A stretch of DNA of 32,000 nucleotides from Synechococcus elongatus PCC 6301 (lineage in GTDB: Bacteria > Cyanobacteriota > Cyanobacteriia > Synechococcales > Synechococcaceae). The stretch spans positions 1,680,001 to 1,712,000 of the forward strand of contig NC_006576.1 in NCBI RefSeq assembly GCF_000010065.1. The letters are read 5' to 3'. The number at the start of each line of letters is the position of its first letter. The first letter of the stretch is position 1. Under the pieces are notes generated by a model, which was given only the letters and a program-made list of their open reading frames with translations, did not search any database and was not told where the DNA came from. Below, piece by piece: positions 20,601-29,268 of this stretch. The position numbers were made by a program, and so were the translations under genes.

Positions 20601-20987
20601 GACATATTGCAGCATGGTCAAGCTGGTGATCGTAGCGACTAGTAATAGACAAACGCGGTGCCATTGCTGCTGCCAACGCACCCTTGACTGCGCCCAGATC
20701 AATGCCCAACCGCTGAGGATAAAGCAGAAAGCCGTGTTGACCTTCATTGTGTTGGCACTGCCCGGCAGCAGCATCGTTAGTGCTGGACTACTGATTGCCC
20801 AGCCCAAGAGCACGATGAGCCCGAGGGTGATTGCCAAGAAGCCACAGAGTCGAGGGAGTGACAGCCAAACCCGTAATCGCATGAACTGCTCAAAGCCCAA
20901 AACAAAGGGGCTAGCACCTCCTCTTCTAGTATCTTGAGCTCCACCTTGATTGCTCGGCTTTTTTACAATGCCCAACAGAAATCCCAA
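17676..20987 (-). CDS. Large membrane-anchored PAS/PAS/PAS-GAF-GGDEF signalling protein
   Basis: 1103 aa; multiple N-terminal TM segments, PAS-like blocks (MVLYRSDGCILEVNEAWRELSGYE; VAKVGSWAFEVVTQTIEWSPQLFRLFG; VYRFSPNALQDKGYVSPQIETLLG), a GAF-like segment, and a GGDEF-family domain with RASD I-site and RFGGEEIAILMPG. Confidence 0.9.
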   Translation of the reverse strand: MGFLLGIVKKPSNQGGAQDTRRGGASPFVLGFEQFMRLRVWLSLPRLCGFLAITLGLIVLLGWAISSPALTMLLPGSANTMKVNTAFCFILSGWALIWAQSRVRWQQQWHRVCLLLVATITSLTMLQYVTGWNLGLDELLVRDRISPVGSGLPGRMSDQAAISFLLLTASLSCARSQREPRVICSQSLALIAGWIAMLGLFGYLLGINAFYLFLDRQSAIASNTVVGFLVLSIGALSFHPQRGLLAILSSPSLGGRLSRTLLPWLFVLPLLLRGLKFLSQQYLSVTPVVSDGLVAPITTSLLVALLWVVARSLNQQEEKLLTALQAAQEIQRRFRQIVMQAPQPMVLYRSDGCILEVNEAWRELSGYELEDTPTVESWFEKVYGPEKVAEVLRIAEEVYAMPPGQRQANGEFVIQTRSGALRTWDFYSSALGPDAEGRSLVLSTVIDVTERAHTDRQLRDLSENLEHLVQIRTTELESIRDQLETAQRVAKVGSWAFEVVTQTIEWSPQLFRLFGMNPSEPVPSFEEHLQQIHPLDRDYWLRNVQRCIQQGTPYSIDFRVTWADGSIHWVSGQGEAVRNAEGQVVRLIGSAIDITDRKATELRLAQAEEQARLLIEKNPGVVYRFSPNALQDKGYVSPQIETLLGVDQSQWHAGFANTWQQFVHPDDLDKIQQQFEAALAEQRAYSFEYRMIRSDGQTIWVRDQGEMLLSVDGTLLVQGLAIDITALKEMGLALQERIQELDQRNREMQLLGQLNDFLQACSTVAEAGQVIAGFLPQLFPNCRGQLSLLQRDGKLEMLQAIVEWGQPVHTQPSFLLSDCWALRRGTPYLYDPDQVLSPACPHVKGKISSGESIFCLPLAAFGEILGHLQFEQMVTHDNSCVDSKAPPLAETIAEQLALAIANLQLRETLRQENLRDPLTGLFNRRYLQEFFEQELARAKRSGDSIGILMLDIDYFKRFNDEFGHDAGDMVLKQVARALLNQVRASDVVCRFGGEEIAILMPGASLEVSARKADQIRQAIAQLIISYHEQTLPSLTISIGVAAFPESGLASDTLIKSADTSLYQAKAAGRNCVVVHQPSWRKFELMSADDSAIAVNPDPSGSPS

Positions 20988-21074
20988 GGCAGGTCTTAAT
21001 CTATAGAGAGCAGCCCAAACTAGTTATTCCCTAGTGTGGTATCTGATTGTTTAATTTGTTGAGCTAACTGTTCT

Positions 21075-22391
21075 GTGCCACCCTCGCGCGACTCACGCCA
21101 TCCTTGGCCGGCAGCTAGTCGATGGATGCTGGGACTGGCGGCAGGGCTCGTCGTCGCTTGCTTGCTCGCGATTTTGAAGCCCGGTTCTGGCTGGTTGTTT
21201 TTGGCCAGTGGACTTGCCTCTGTTAGCGTAGCGTCTTTCCTCCAGGCAGCCAGTGATCGGCGCTACCTCGACGATCTGAGCCATCGCTATGAGCAGTTGC
21301 ATGATGAGAAAGAAATACTAGAGGAAAACTATCAGAAACAACTCGCCCAAGAGCGCATCCTACTAGACATTACCCTCAATATTCGTCAGTCGCTTAACCT
21401 CAGCCAAGTGATGGAGACCGCGGTCTCAGAAGTGCGATCGCTTCTGCGTGTCAATCGTGTCTTAATCTATCAATTTCAGCCTGACTGGCGTGGTCTGATC
21501 GTTGCTGAATCAGTATCTGAGCCGGAATTCTCGCTGATGGGAATTCAGATTGAAGATTATTGCTTTGCCAATAACTGGGACCAGCAGTATCGTGATGGTT
21601 ATATCCATCAAATTGACCACGTTGCCATTGCTGGATTAGATGACTGCTATCGTCGGTTGTTGCAATCGATCAAGGTAAAAGCCAATTTGGTTTTGCCGAT
21701 TCGCTACGGTGATAGCCTGTGGGGCTTATTAGCTGCTCATCACTGTATTCTGCCGCGGACTTGGCGTAATAGTGAAGTCGTATTGCTGACCCAAGTTGCC
21801 GAACAGCTGAGTATTGCGATCGCTCAATCGCAGTTGCTGAAAACCTTGCAAGTAACGAACCAGAGATTGCAGGATCAGGTGCGCATTGACGGCCTGACTC
21901 AAATTCCCAATCGCCGCCGCTTTGATGAGTATTTCAACGATGTTTGGCTATGGGGCTGTCGTGATCACACGCCTGTGGCCTTACTGCTGATCGATGTTGA
22001 TTACTTCAAAACCTATAACGATTTTTACGGGCATTTGGCCGGTGATGAAGTCCTGCGAAAAATTGGTTTATTGCTGAATTCGGTCGTTTTGCGAGCTACA
22101 GATCTGGTCGCTCGCTACGGGGGCGAAGAATTTGTCGCTGTTCTGCCAAGCACGACTCTCGAGGGAGCCCAAGCGGTGGCACGACGGTTACAAGCAGATT
22201 TACAGCGGTTGCAGATCCCACACAATCATTCGCCAGTTGCCGCTTGGGTGACAGTCAGTATTGGTATTGCGGTCACCATTCCCACGATTGATGTTGCATT
22301 AACGGACCTGATTGATCAGGCAGATAAGGCTTTGTACGAGGCGAAATCAGCAGGCCGCAATTGCATTATGTGGGCGGAGTCTTTGGCTTGA
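21075..22391 (+). CDS. Membrane-anchored GAF-GGDEF protein; GAF resembles cyanobacteriochrome-type GAFs
   Basis: 438 aa; two N-terminal TM segments, coiled coil, GAF (VNRVLIYQFQPDWRGLIVAESV...IEDYCFANNW...AGLDDCYRRLLQSIKVKANLVLPIRYGDSLWGLLAAHHC), GGDEF with DLVARYGGEEFVAVLP. Confidence 0.9.
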   Translation: MPPSRDSRHPWPAASRWMLGLAAGLVVACLLAILKPGSGWLFLASGLASVSVASFLQAASDRRYLDDLSHRYEQLHDEKEILEENYQKQLAQERILLDITLNIRQSLNLSQVMETAVSEVRSLLRVNRVLIYQFQPDWRGLIVAESVSEPEFSLMGIQIEDYCFANNWDQQYRDGYIHQIDHVAIAGLDDCYRRLLQSIKVKANLVLPIRYGDSLWGLLAAHHCILPRTWRNSEVVLLTQVAEQLSIAIAQSQLLKTLQVTNQRLQDQVRIDGLTQIPNRRRFDEYFNDVWLWGCRDHTPVALLLIDVDYFKTYNDFYGHLAGDEVLRKIGLLLNSVVLRATDLVARYGGEEFVAVLPSTTLEGAQAVARRLQADLQRLQIPHNHSPVAAWVTVSIGIAVTIPTIDVALTDLIDQADKALYEAKSAGRNCIMWAESLA

Positions 22392-22407
22392 ATTGCTGAT
22401 CTAGATG

Positions 22408-22788
22408 TCAGGGTTGCTCGGTCGACTGTCGACCGAGGGCATAGACCCCGCAGGCGATCGAAGCAACCATGCCAAGACTTAAACCCCAGCTGTGTCCTAG
22501 GCTCACCTCCACACCCCAATCGCAAACACCACCCAAGACCAACAGGGGAAGGGTACTGATAATTGAGGCATAGAGCAGATTGACCGATTCCCGGGCTTCC
22601 CGCGATCGCTCGTACTCGGTGGTCGATGTGTAGAGAGAGCGATCGGCTTCTCCTAGCCAATGGGCAAGCTGCTGACTGAGTCGGCGGGTGACTGGCGCTA
22701 GGGCAAAGTAGAGCGCAATTGCCCAGAGAGCGGCTGCGGCCACACTGACCGCATCAAAGGGAAACAGCGATCGCAGGAAGAGAAACAT
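22408..22788 (-). CDS. Small membrane protein, unknown function
   Basis: 126 aa; hydrophobic stretches VSVAAAALWAIALYFALAP and LLYASIISTLPLLVLGGVCDW...GLSLGMVASIACGVYAL. Confidence 0.7.
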   Translation of the reverse strand: MFLFLRSLFPFDAVSVAAAALWAIALYFALAPVTRRLSQQLAHWLGEADRSLYTSTTEYERSREARESVNLLYASIISTLPLLVLGGVCDWGVEVSLGHSWGLSLGMVASIACGVYALGRQSTEQP

Positions 22789-22896
22789 CGGAGTCAGGAG
22801 ACGACATAGTCTCTACAGCCTGACACAGACTTTTGGGCAGAACCGTTCATGGTGCGATCGCTAGGATCAAATCAGCCATTGTGGAGTGAGGAGATC

Positions 22897-23796
22897 ATGC
22901 CGATCGCAGCAGTACCCGGTCAGGTTTGGACTTGGCAGGGTCACCAGATCTATTACGTGCAAGCTGGGGAGACAGCAGGCGATCGCCCGCCTTTATTGTT
23001 GGTGCATGGCTTTGGTGCCTCAACCGACCACTGGTGGAAAAATATTGCAGACCTACAGGCAGACTTCCAAGTCTGGGCCATTGACCTGCTGGGCTTTGGT
23101 CGCTCCGCCAAACCGGCGATTGACTACAGCGGTCAACTCTGGCAACAGCAGCTCACGGATTTTATTCAAACCGTCATCGGTCAGCCTGCGATCGTGGCGG
23201 GTAACTCTCTGGGAGGATACGCTGCCCTCTGTGCGGCTGCCGCTGCTTCAGATTGGGTCAAGGGGGTTGTGTTGCTGAATAGTGCTGGCCCCTTCACGCC
23301 CGATGCGCCGCCCCCCGAGCCCTCGCCCTTGCAAAAATTCTGGCGATCGCTGCTGCGTGGCCTCACCCGCCAGCCCTGGGCCGTTTGGTTAGTCTTCAAG
23401 AATTTGCAGCGCCCCCAAACGATTCGCCGCACCCTCGAAAAGGTCTACTGCGATCGCAGTGCCGTCACCGATGATCTCGTTGAAGCGATTCGCCGTCCTT
23501 CCCTCGATCCGGGCGCCTTTGAGGTGTTTCGCTCGGTCTTCCGAACGCCCCAAGGTGAACCCGTTGATCAGCTCCTAGCACGACTCACCTGTCCGTTGCT
23601 CTTGATCTGGGGGAGCGGCGATCCCTGGATGAATTGCCAGCAGCGCAGTCAGCAGTTCCAGCGCTATGCTCGCAACCTGACAGAGCATTTTCTCGAAGCG
23701 GGCCATTGCCCCCACGATGAAGTACCTGACCAAGTCGATCGCTTGATTCGGGAGTGGGTAGAGCAGGCGATCACGCCGCAGTCACTGTGCTGTTAG
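22897..23796 (+). CDS. Alpha/beta hydrolase
   Basis: LLLVHGFGASTDHWWKN, VAGNSLGGYAALCAA (nucleophile elbow), PLLLIWGSGDPW, EAGHCPHDEVP. An SD-like GAGGAG precedes the ATG at 22897; the track start 22849 looks too long. Confidence 0.9.
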   Translation: MPIAAVPGQVWTWQGHQIYYVQAGETAGDRPPLLLVHGFGASTDHWWKNIADLQADFQVWAIDLLGFGRSAKPAIDYSGQLWQQQLTDFIQTVIGQPAIVAGNSLGGYAALCAAAAASDWVKGVVLLNSAGPFTPDAPPPEPSPLQKFWRSLLRGLTRQPWAVWLVFKNLQRPQTIRRTLEKVYCDRSAVTDDLVEAIRRPSLDPGAFEVFRSVFRTPQGEPVDQLLARLTCPLLLIWGSGDPWMNCQQRSQQFQRYARNLTEHFLEAGHCPHDEVPDQVDRLIREWVEQAITPQSLCC

Positions 23797-23879
23797 CGAT
23801 CGCGCAAAAAAAGAGGCAGAACCCGATCGGCTCTGCCCCTATATTTCTAACTCGTTCGAGTTGCTAGAATCAGCGGTTT

Positions 23880-24545
23880 TTAGCTTTGGGCAGCTGCTGC
23901 TTGAGCGGCCACTTCGGCAGCAAAATCGCTCTCAGCTTTCTCAATGCCTTCACCGAGGACAAAGCGGGTAAAGCGACGCACTTGGATGTTTTCACCCAAT
24001 TCAGCGATCGACTGTTTCACCAGCTCAGCCACCGAGATGTTGGGGTCGCGGATGTAGGGCTGATCCAGCAGCGTCAACTCTTTCAGTCGTTTTTCAATCC
24101 GGCCCACCACGATTTTCTCGCGGATATTTTCCGGCTTGTTGGCCAAGTCGTCACGACCCATTTCGATCGCTTTTTCCCGCTCAGCAATTTCAGCCGGGAT
24201 GTCTTCGACTTTGACAAATTCCACGTTCGGGCAAGCCGCAATTTGCATGGCAATGCTGCGGACGAGCTCTTGGAATTTATCGCCACGAGCCACGAAGTCG
24301 GTTTCGCAGTTGACTTCAACCAGCACGCCGACACGGCCGCCGGTGTGGATGTAGCTGCCAACCAACCCTTCAGCTGCGGTGCGGCCCGATTTCTTCTCAG
24401 CCGAAGCAATCCCTTTCTGACGCAGCCATTCGATCGCTTTTTGCAGGTCGCCGTCGTTTTCGTTCAGCGCCTTTTTGCAATCCATCATGCCAGCGCCGGT
24501 CTTTTCCCGGAGCTCCTTAACGAGCTTTGCACTAATTTCAGCCAT
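23880..24545 (-). CDS. tsf: Elongation factor Ts
   Basis: 221 aa; [41 protein letters not shown]. Confidence 0.98.
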   Translation of the reverse strand: MAEISAKLVKELREKTGAGMMDCKKALNENDGDLQKAIEWLRQKGIASAEKKSGRTAAEGLVGSYIHTGGRVGVLVEVNCETDFVARGDKFQELVRSIAMQIAACPNVEFVKVEDIPAEIAEREKAIEMGRDDLANKPENIREKIVVGRIEKRLKELTLLDQPYIRDPNISVAELVKQSIAELGENIQVRRFTRFVLGEGIEKAESDFAAEVAAQAAAAQS

Positions 24546-24585
24546 GATCCAGGTGTGATGTGGGGGTCAAATTTTTGTCGATGAG

Positions 24586-24637
24586 GCGGTGGAGCCGCCG
24601 CAGGGCCACTGGGCCGCAGACTAGCCTACTCCACCGC
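24586..24637 (-). promoter_or_regulatory. Long inverted repeat in the rpsB-tsf intergenic spacer (candidate RNA structure)
   Basis: GCGGTGGAG (24586-24594) is the exact reverse complement of CTCCACCGC (24629-24637), with an additional GGCC/GGCC pair inside. Confidence 0.5.
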
Positions 24638-24647
24638 GATCGCTTGC

Positions 24648-25403
24648 CTATGCTTCGTCGGCGTCGTCTTCGTACTCGTCTTCGGCGCCGTCGTAGTCAT
24701 ACTCTTCAGCAACCGGAGCTGCACCGTGACGAGCTTCGTAGATCGCGTCTGCCAGTTTGCTGACAATCAGCTTGACCGAGCGAATCGCGTCGTCGTTGCC
24801 CGGAATCGGCACATCGACCACGTCGGGGTCACAGTTGGTATCGAGCATCGCCACGATCGGAATGCCCAGCTTTTGGCATTCTTGGACCGCGTTGTACTCG
24901 CGTTTTTGGTCGATGATCACCACTGCGTCGGGCAGGCGGCGCATATTTTTGATGCCGCCCAAGTATTTCTGCAGCCGCTCCAGCTCACGCCGCAGCACTG
25001 CCGCTTCTTTCTTGGGACGCAGGGCCAAAGCGCCGGTTTCTCCCATCCGTTCCAGCTCTTTCAAGCGGTCAACCCGGCCTTTAATCGTGGCCCAGTTGGT
25101 AAGCATGCCGCCCAACCAACGTTGGTTGATGTAGTAGGAGCCGCAGCGGGTGGCTTCTTCAGCGATGATGCCAGCAGCTTGGCGTTTGGTGCCAACAAAC
25201 AGGAAGCGCTTACCTTGCTCGGCGTTGGTGCGCACCCAGCGGTAGGCAGTTTCGACACATTGCGCTGTTTTGACAAGGTCAATGATGTGGACCCCATTGC
25301 GCGCCGTGTAGATGTAGGGCGCCATGCGGGGGTTCCAACGACGAGTCTGGTGTCCAAAGTGGACACCAGACTCCATCATTTCAGCGAGAGAAATGATTGC
25401 CAT
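24648..25403 (-). CDS. rpsB: 30S ribosomal protein S2
   Basis: 251 aa; [62 protein letters not shown]. Confidence 0.98.
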   Translation of the reverse strand: MAIISLAEMMESGVHFGHQTRRWNPRMAPYIYTARNGVHIIDLVKTAQCVETAYRWVRTNAEQGKRFLFVGTKRQAAGIIAEEATRCGSYYINQRWLGGMLTNWATIKGRVDRLKELERMGETGALALRPKKEAAVLRRELERLQKYLGGIKNMRRLPDAVVIIDQKREYNAVQECQKLGIPIVAMLDTNCDPDVVDVPIPGNDDAIRSVKLIVSKLADAIYEARHGAAPVAEEYDYDGAEDEYEDDADEA

Positions 25404-25448
25404 GATTATTTGACTCCAGGTCGGGTTTAAGCCTCCACCTCGACAGGA

Positions 25449-25467
25449 TTCATTCCACCGGAATGAA
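25449..25467 (-). promoter_or_regulatory. Inverted repeat in the rpsB 5' leader (candidate RNA hairpin)
   Basis: TTCATTCC-ACC-GGAATGAA: perfect 8-bp stem with 3-nt loop, about 46 nt upstream of the rpsB ATG. Confidence 0.5.
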
Positions 25468-25748
25468 CACCCGAACGTCGAAGTGTGCGATTTGACACTT
25501 TTTCTAGGGTAGCACTTGGGCGCGATCGCAGGCGATGACCTGACTACAGCGATCGCGTGACAGATGGGACGGTATCTCCAGACAAGCGCTAGGAATGTGC
25601 TTCAGAAAACAGCCACAAATTCCGTAGCATTTGCTACAGTTTAAGGGCGAGGGTAATCGTTGGCCCAGTTTATCTGGGTGGAAGTAAGGTCTTTGGCCTG
25701 AAGCAACGCGCCTCTCAATGTCAAACAAAGTTGAGACGCGTACCCAAA

Positions 25749-26033
25749 ATGGAACTGACATACCGCGGGATTAAATATCCCTACACCCCCCCGACCGTCG
25801 CTTCGGCACCGAGCAGCATCTATACCGAATACAAAGGTCTCGATCTGCGCTTCCGCTCTAAAGAAGAACCCGTGCAACCGCTGAAAGTTGAAATGGCTCA
25901 GGCCAAACCGGCAACTTCAGCAAATCCAACGGAAGAAAAACTGGTGAGTCATCTCTACCGCCACGCCCTGCGTAGCTTGCAGCGGCAACAGCAAAAATCG
26001 ATGCGGGCCAAACAAGAGCTGCAGTTTGGCTAA
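25749..26033 (+). CDS. DUF4278-like small cyanobacterial protein
   Basis: MELTYRGIKYPYTPPTVASAPSSIYTEYKGLDLRFRSKEEP. The N-terminal LxYRGxxY pattern is familiar from cyanobacterial small proteins. Start chosen at 25749, not the track start 25731. Confidence 0.75.
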   Translation: MELTYRGIKYPYTPPTVASAPSSIYTEYKGLDLRFRSKEEPVQPLKVEMAQAKPATSANPTEEKLVSHLYRHALRSLQRQQQKSMRAKQELQFG

Positions 26034-26082
26034 AAATTCGCCAGGATTGGCTCCCTATCCTGTTTGACGACGCCTACAGATC

Positions 26083-26110
26083 GCCTGCTGGAGTTCCAGC
26101 AGGCTTTTTT
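26083..26110 (+). terminator. Intrinsic terminator of the DUF4278-like gene
   Basis: GCCTGCTGGA-GT-TCCAGCAGGC followed by TTTTTT: perfect 10-bp stem plus T6. Confidence 0.93.
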
Positions 26111-26358
26111 ATGGCAATCTGCAAGGTAGTTAGGACGATTGAACTTCGAATAGTTTGGTTGAGAGTCAACAGCCTCGGCTCGTGGGGGGTGATTACGCCC
26201 GCACCCGCGTACTGGGAAACTCAGTGAGAATGATCGGCTCAATCACGATCGCTACGGGTACCACTCGCTGGTTTAGCCACAGGTTTGAGGCTCATTCAGT
26301 TAGGTCAAAACCTCTTAATTTCCGACTCACTCAGTGCAATATGAGCGATCGCTGTCCG

Positions 26359-27044
26359 CTAGATCCGCGAGAGTAGTTGCCGTAATTCTGCCAGCTGCAG
26401 TTCTAGATTCTGCATTTGGCGCTTGAGGGGATAGCGCTTTTCGAGGGCGGCACGGGCGAGGTCTTCGCGATCGCGCTGCAGGGCGGTTTGGGCTGTTTTG
26501 TGCCAGGATTCGGCTTCTTGTCGGATCTGGGCCAGTTGTTGCTGGAGTTGGTTTCCGTCACCAAGAGGGAGGTCCGAGCTTCTTGTAGCAAGCGTTCGGC
26601 TTGGACAGGATCCGCAGACTGTTGAGCTTGACTGAGGAGATTCTGCACCCCTAGGGCACCGGCGGCTGCCAAGGCTGGCAGCACGAGCGGGCCACCGAGG
26701 AGTAGCCCACCAACGGCCCCGATTGCTAGCGATCGCTCAACTTGGCTGCTGTTTGCCCGACCCGTTTTGCACCAAGTGGCGAAGTGTTCGCAGTTGCTGA
26801 ACAGGACGTTGTAGCGTTGTTCCCCCAGACGACTGAGGGCGCGTTCGATCGTGATGTCGGCAGGGTCGCAGTCGGCATAATCACGCAGCCGAATGGGCTC
26901 GCCCCGACGGAAGTATTCTTTGCTGGTGCGAACAATCGTTTCGCCTTCGAGGTAGTGCACGACGGTGCCATCCCCAATATCAATGCCGTGATGGGTGTAC
27001 AGTCCGCCCCGTCGATCGACAACGAGATGATCGCCTTGTGCCAT
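26359..27044 (-). pseudogene. LRAT-like domain protein fused across an apparent frameshift to a PspA/IM30-like coiled coil
   Basis: The N-terminal ORF (to about 26580) reads GDHLVVDRRGGLYTHHGIDIGDGTVVHY...LFSNCEHFATWCKTG. The in-frame continuation (to 26403) is low-complexity, whereas the shifted frame to the TAG at 26359-26361 reads GNQLQQQLAQIRQEAESWHKTAQTALQRDREDLARAALEKRYPLKRQMQNLELQLAELRQLLSRI. Could be a true frameshift, a sequencing error or recoding. Confidence 0.7.
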
Positions 27045-27067
27045 AGAACCGAGAAGAGTCCTCTTCG

Positions 27068-27910
27068 CTAGGGTAGCGAGCTGCGGGGGGCTTGGAGGAA
27101 CGGTCGTGCGATCGCGGCAAAAGTGGTTGGATCCTCCAGCATCGGTAGGTGTCCAACTTGGGGAATAACCACCTGCCGACAGCGATTGCTGAGGGTTGCA
27201 GCCTGCTCAGCCAAGGCAACTGGTGCAATCTGATCAAACTGGCCCGAAATCAGTAGAGTCGGCACAGCGATCGATCGCCAAGCCTGACCGAGTTGCTCGA
27301 TAGCATTGGCGCTGACAGCGTCTTGCAGGCTGCCGATCGCGGCTTCGGTATCCGCTTGCAGAAAGTCCGCCAGAAAGGATCGAGTGGTTGCTGGATCAAG
27401 CGGTCGATGACAGAAGCGACTGAGAATCAGGCGATCGAGGCCAGGAATTTGCTGCCAGAGCGGCGATCGCGAGCGCACAAGGAGCTGGCTGATCTGCTGA
27501 AAAATCGCAAAGGCGATCGGGGAGTAAGTAAACAGTCCGCTGGCGGTCAACAGCAGACGATCGCAGCGATCGGGATAAGCCTGGGCAAATAGGAGCGCGA
27601 TGCTGCAGCCCCAAGAGTGAGCCACAATCCGGACTGGCGGTAACGCAAGCTGATCAAGTAGAGCGACTACATCCGCAACCGTTGCTTGCAAGCTGTAGTC
27701 CTGACCTGCTGGCTGCGATCGGGCTTCACCAAAGCCGCGCCAATCGAGAGCCAGTCCTGCTCCACAATCCTCCAGCGCTTGGGCCATTGGCTGCCAATTA
27801 CGACGACTGCCCCCCCAACCATGGAGATAGAGAATGGGCGCTTGGCGATCGCCTGCTAAAGTCCATTCCGCTTGCAGTGACCCCCCTTGGGGTGAGGCGA
27901 TCGCAATCAA
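27068..27910 (-). CDS. Alpha/beta hydrolase, overlaps the clpX stop
   Basis: 280 aa; [54 protein letters not shown]. Confidence 0.9.
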   Translation of the reverse strand: MIAIASPQGGSLQAEWTLAGDRQAPILYLHGWGGSRRNWQPMAQALEDCGAGLALDWRGFGEARSQPAGQDYSLQATVADVVALLDQLALPPVRIVAHSWGCSIALLFAQAYPDRCDRLLLTASGLFTYSPIAFAIFQQISQLLVRSRSPLWQQIPGLDRLILSRFCHRPLDPATTRSFLADFLQADTEAAIGSLQDAVSANAIEQLGQAWRSIAVPTLLISGQFDQIAPVALAEQAATLSNRCRQVVIPQVGHLPMLEDPTTFAAIARPFLQAPRSSLP

Positions 27911-29259
27911 GCGGATTCCGGTGTGGGCAAACTGGACGGGAGCAAGAGTACGTCTGCGCTAGAGCGTTTTTCAACCATCTCCCGCGTGATCGTGCAGTGG
28001 GTGACGTCCTGACGCGAGGGCAGTTCGTACATCACTTCCAGCATGATCTCTTCGACAATGCCGCGGAGTGCCCGCGCTCCGGTCTTACGGCGGAAGGCTT
28101 CACGAGCGATCGCTTCGATCGCATCTTGGCGAAACTCCAGCTCGACGCTGTCCATGTGCATCAGCTTCTGATACTGCTTGACCAGCGCATCCCGGGGTTC
28201 GGTCAGGATTTCCGTCAACGCCGTTTCGTCGAGCGGATCGAGGACCGCCGTGACGGGCATCCGGCCAATAAATTCGGGAATCAGGCCAAACTGGACCAGA
28301 TCCTCGGGTTCCATGTGGCGCAGGATGGCCGCTGCCCGCTGCTCCTTGGTTTTGCTCTCTTCTGGGTGAACAAAGCCGATCGATTTTTTGCCAAGACGGC
28401 GATCGACTAGTTTCTCCAACCCGACAAAAGCACCACCACAGATAAACAGGATGTTGCGCGTATCGATTTGGATACAGTCCTGATAGGGATGCTTGCGACC
28501 GCCTTGGGGGGGGACATTGGCAATTGTGCCTTCCAGCATCTTCAGGAGTGCCTGCTGGACGCCTTCGCCCGAGACATCGCGCGTGATCGAAGGGTTTTCG
28601 CTCTTGCGCGCGATTTTGTCGATTTCGTCGATGTAGATGATGCCGCGTTGAGCTTCCTCGATATCGAGATCGGCCACTTGCAGGAGCCGCAGCAGAATGT
28701 TTTCGACGTCCTCACCGACGTAGCCGGCTTCGGTCAGGGTTGTCGCATCAGCGACGGCAAAAGGAACATCTAACAGCTTGGCAAGCGTCTGAGCCAGCAA
28801 GGTTTTACCGCAGCCCGTTGGTCCAATCAGCAGAATATTCGACTTCTGGATTTCAATCGTTTCGCCTGCTTCCTCCGCTGATTGCTGGTAGGCGAGCCGC
28901 TTGTAGTGGTTGTAAACCGCTACCGACAACATCTTTTTGGCTTCGTTTTGACCAATGACGTGGTGGTCAAGATAGCGCTTGATGTCGTGGGGCTTGGGAA
29001 TCTGCGACAGCGTTAGCGATCGCTTCGGTTTGCGTGGGCCTTGGTGACTAGTGGTAGCAGCAGTGGCTGGTTTAGGGCTACCGGGCGGCGGTGCTGGGTT
29101 GGCATTACCGTCGAACAGCTCTTCGTCGAGGATTTCGTTGCAGAGGTCGACGCACTCATCACAAATGTAGACTCCAGGGCCGGCGATGAGTTTGCGCACC
29201 TGCTCCTGGGATTTTCCACAAAAAGAGCACTTCAGGTGAGAGTCGTATCTCGACATCAC
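27907..29259 (-). CDS. clpX: ATP-dependent Clp protease ATP-binding subunit ClpX
   Basis: 450 aa; N-terminal zinc-binding [68 protein letters not shown]. Confidence 0.98.
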   Translation of the reverse strand: MMSRYDSHLKCSFCGKSQEQVRKLIAGPGVYICDECVDLCNEILDEELFDGNANPAPPPGSPKPATAATTSHQGPRKPKRSLTLSQIPKPHDIKRYLDHHVIGQNEAKKMLSVAVYNHYKRLAYQQSAEEAGETIEIQKSNILLIGPTGCGKTLLAQTLAKLLDVPFAVADATTLTEAGYVGEDVENILLRLLQVADLDIEEAQRGIIYIDEIDKIARKSENPSITRDVSGEGVQQALLKMLEGTIANVPPQGGRKHPYQDCIQIDTRNILFICGGAFVGLEKLVDRRLGKKSIGFVHPEESKTKEQRAAAILRHMEPEDLVQFGLIPEFIGRMPVTAVLDPLDETALTEILTEPRDALVKQYQKLMHMDSVELEFRQDAIEAIAREAFRRKTGARALRGIVEEIMLEVMYELPSRQDVTHCTITREMVEKRSSADVLLLPSSLPTPESA

Positions 29260-29268
29260 GCCTGCCCG

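Noticed and set aside
23886-24584. 232-aa plus-strand ORF opposite tsf
   Set aside because: Antisense to tsf; composition typical of a shadow frame.
24726-25430. 234-aa plus-strand ORF opposite rpsB
   Set aside because: Antisense to rpsB over nearly its full length, with no domain features.
26403-26580. In-frame C-terminal tail of the LRAT-like ORF (TETNSSNNWPRSDKKPNPGTKQPKPP...)
   Set aside because: Likely not a genuine protein tail; the alternative frame has clear IM30/PspA-like heptad and EDLARAAL features.
27682-28410. 242-aa plus-strand ORF opposite the hydrolase/clpX
   Set aside because: Overlaps two well-supported genes on the other strand and has no motifs.
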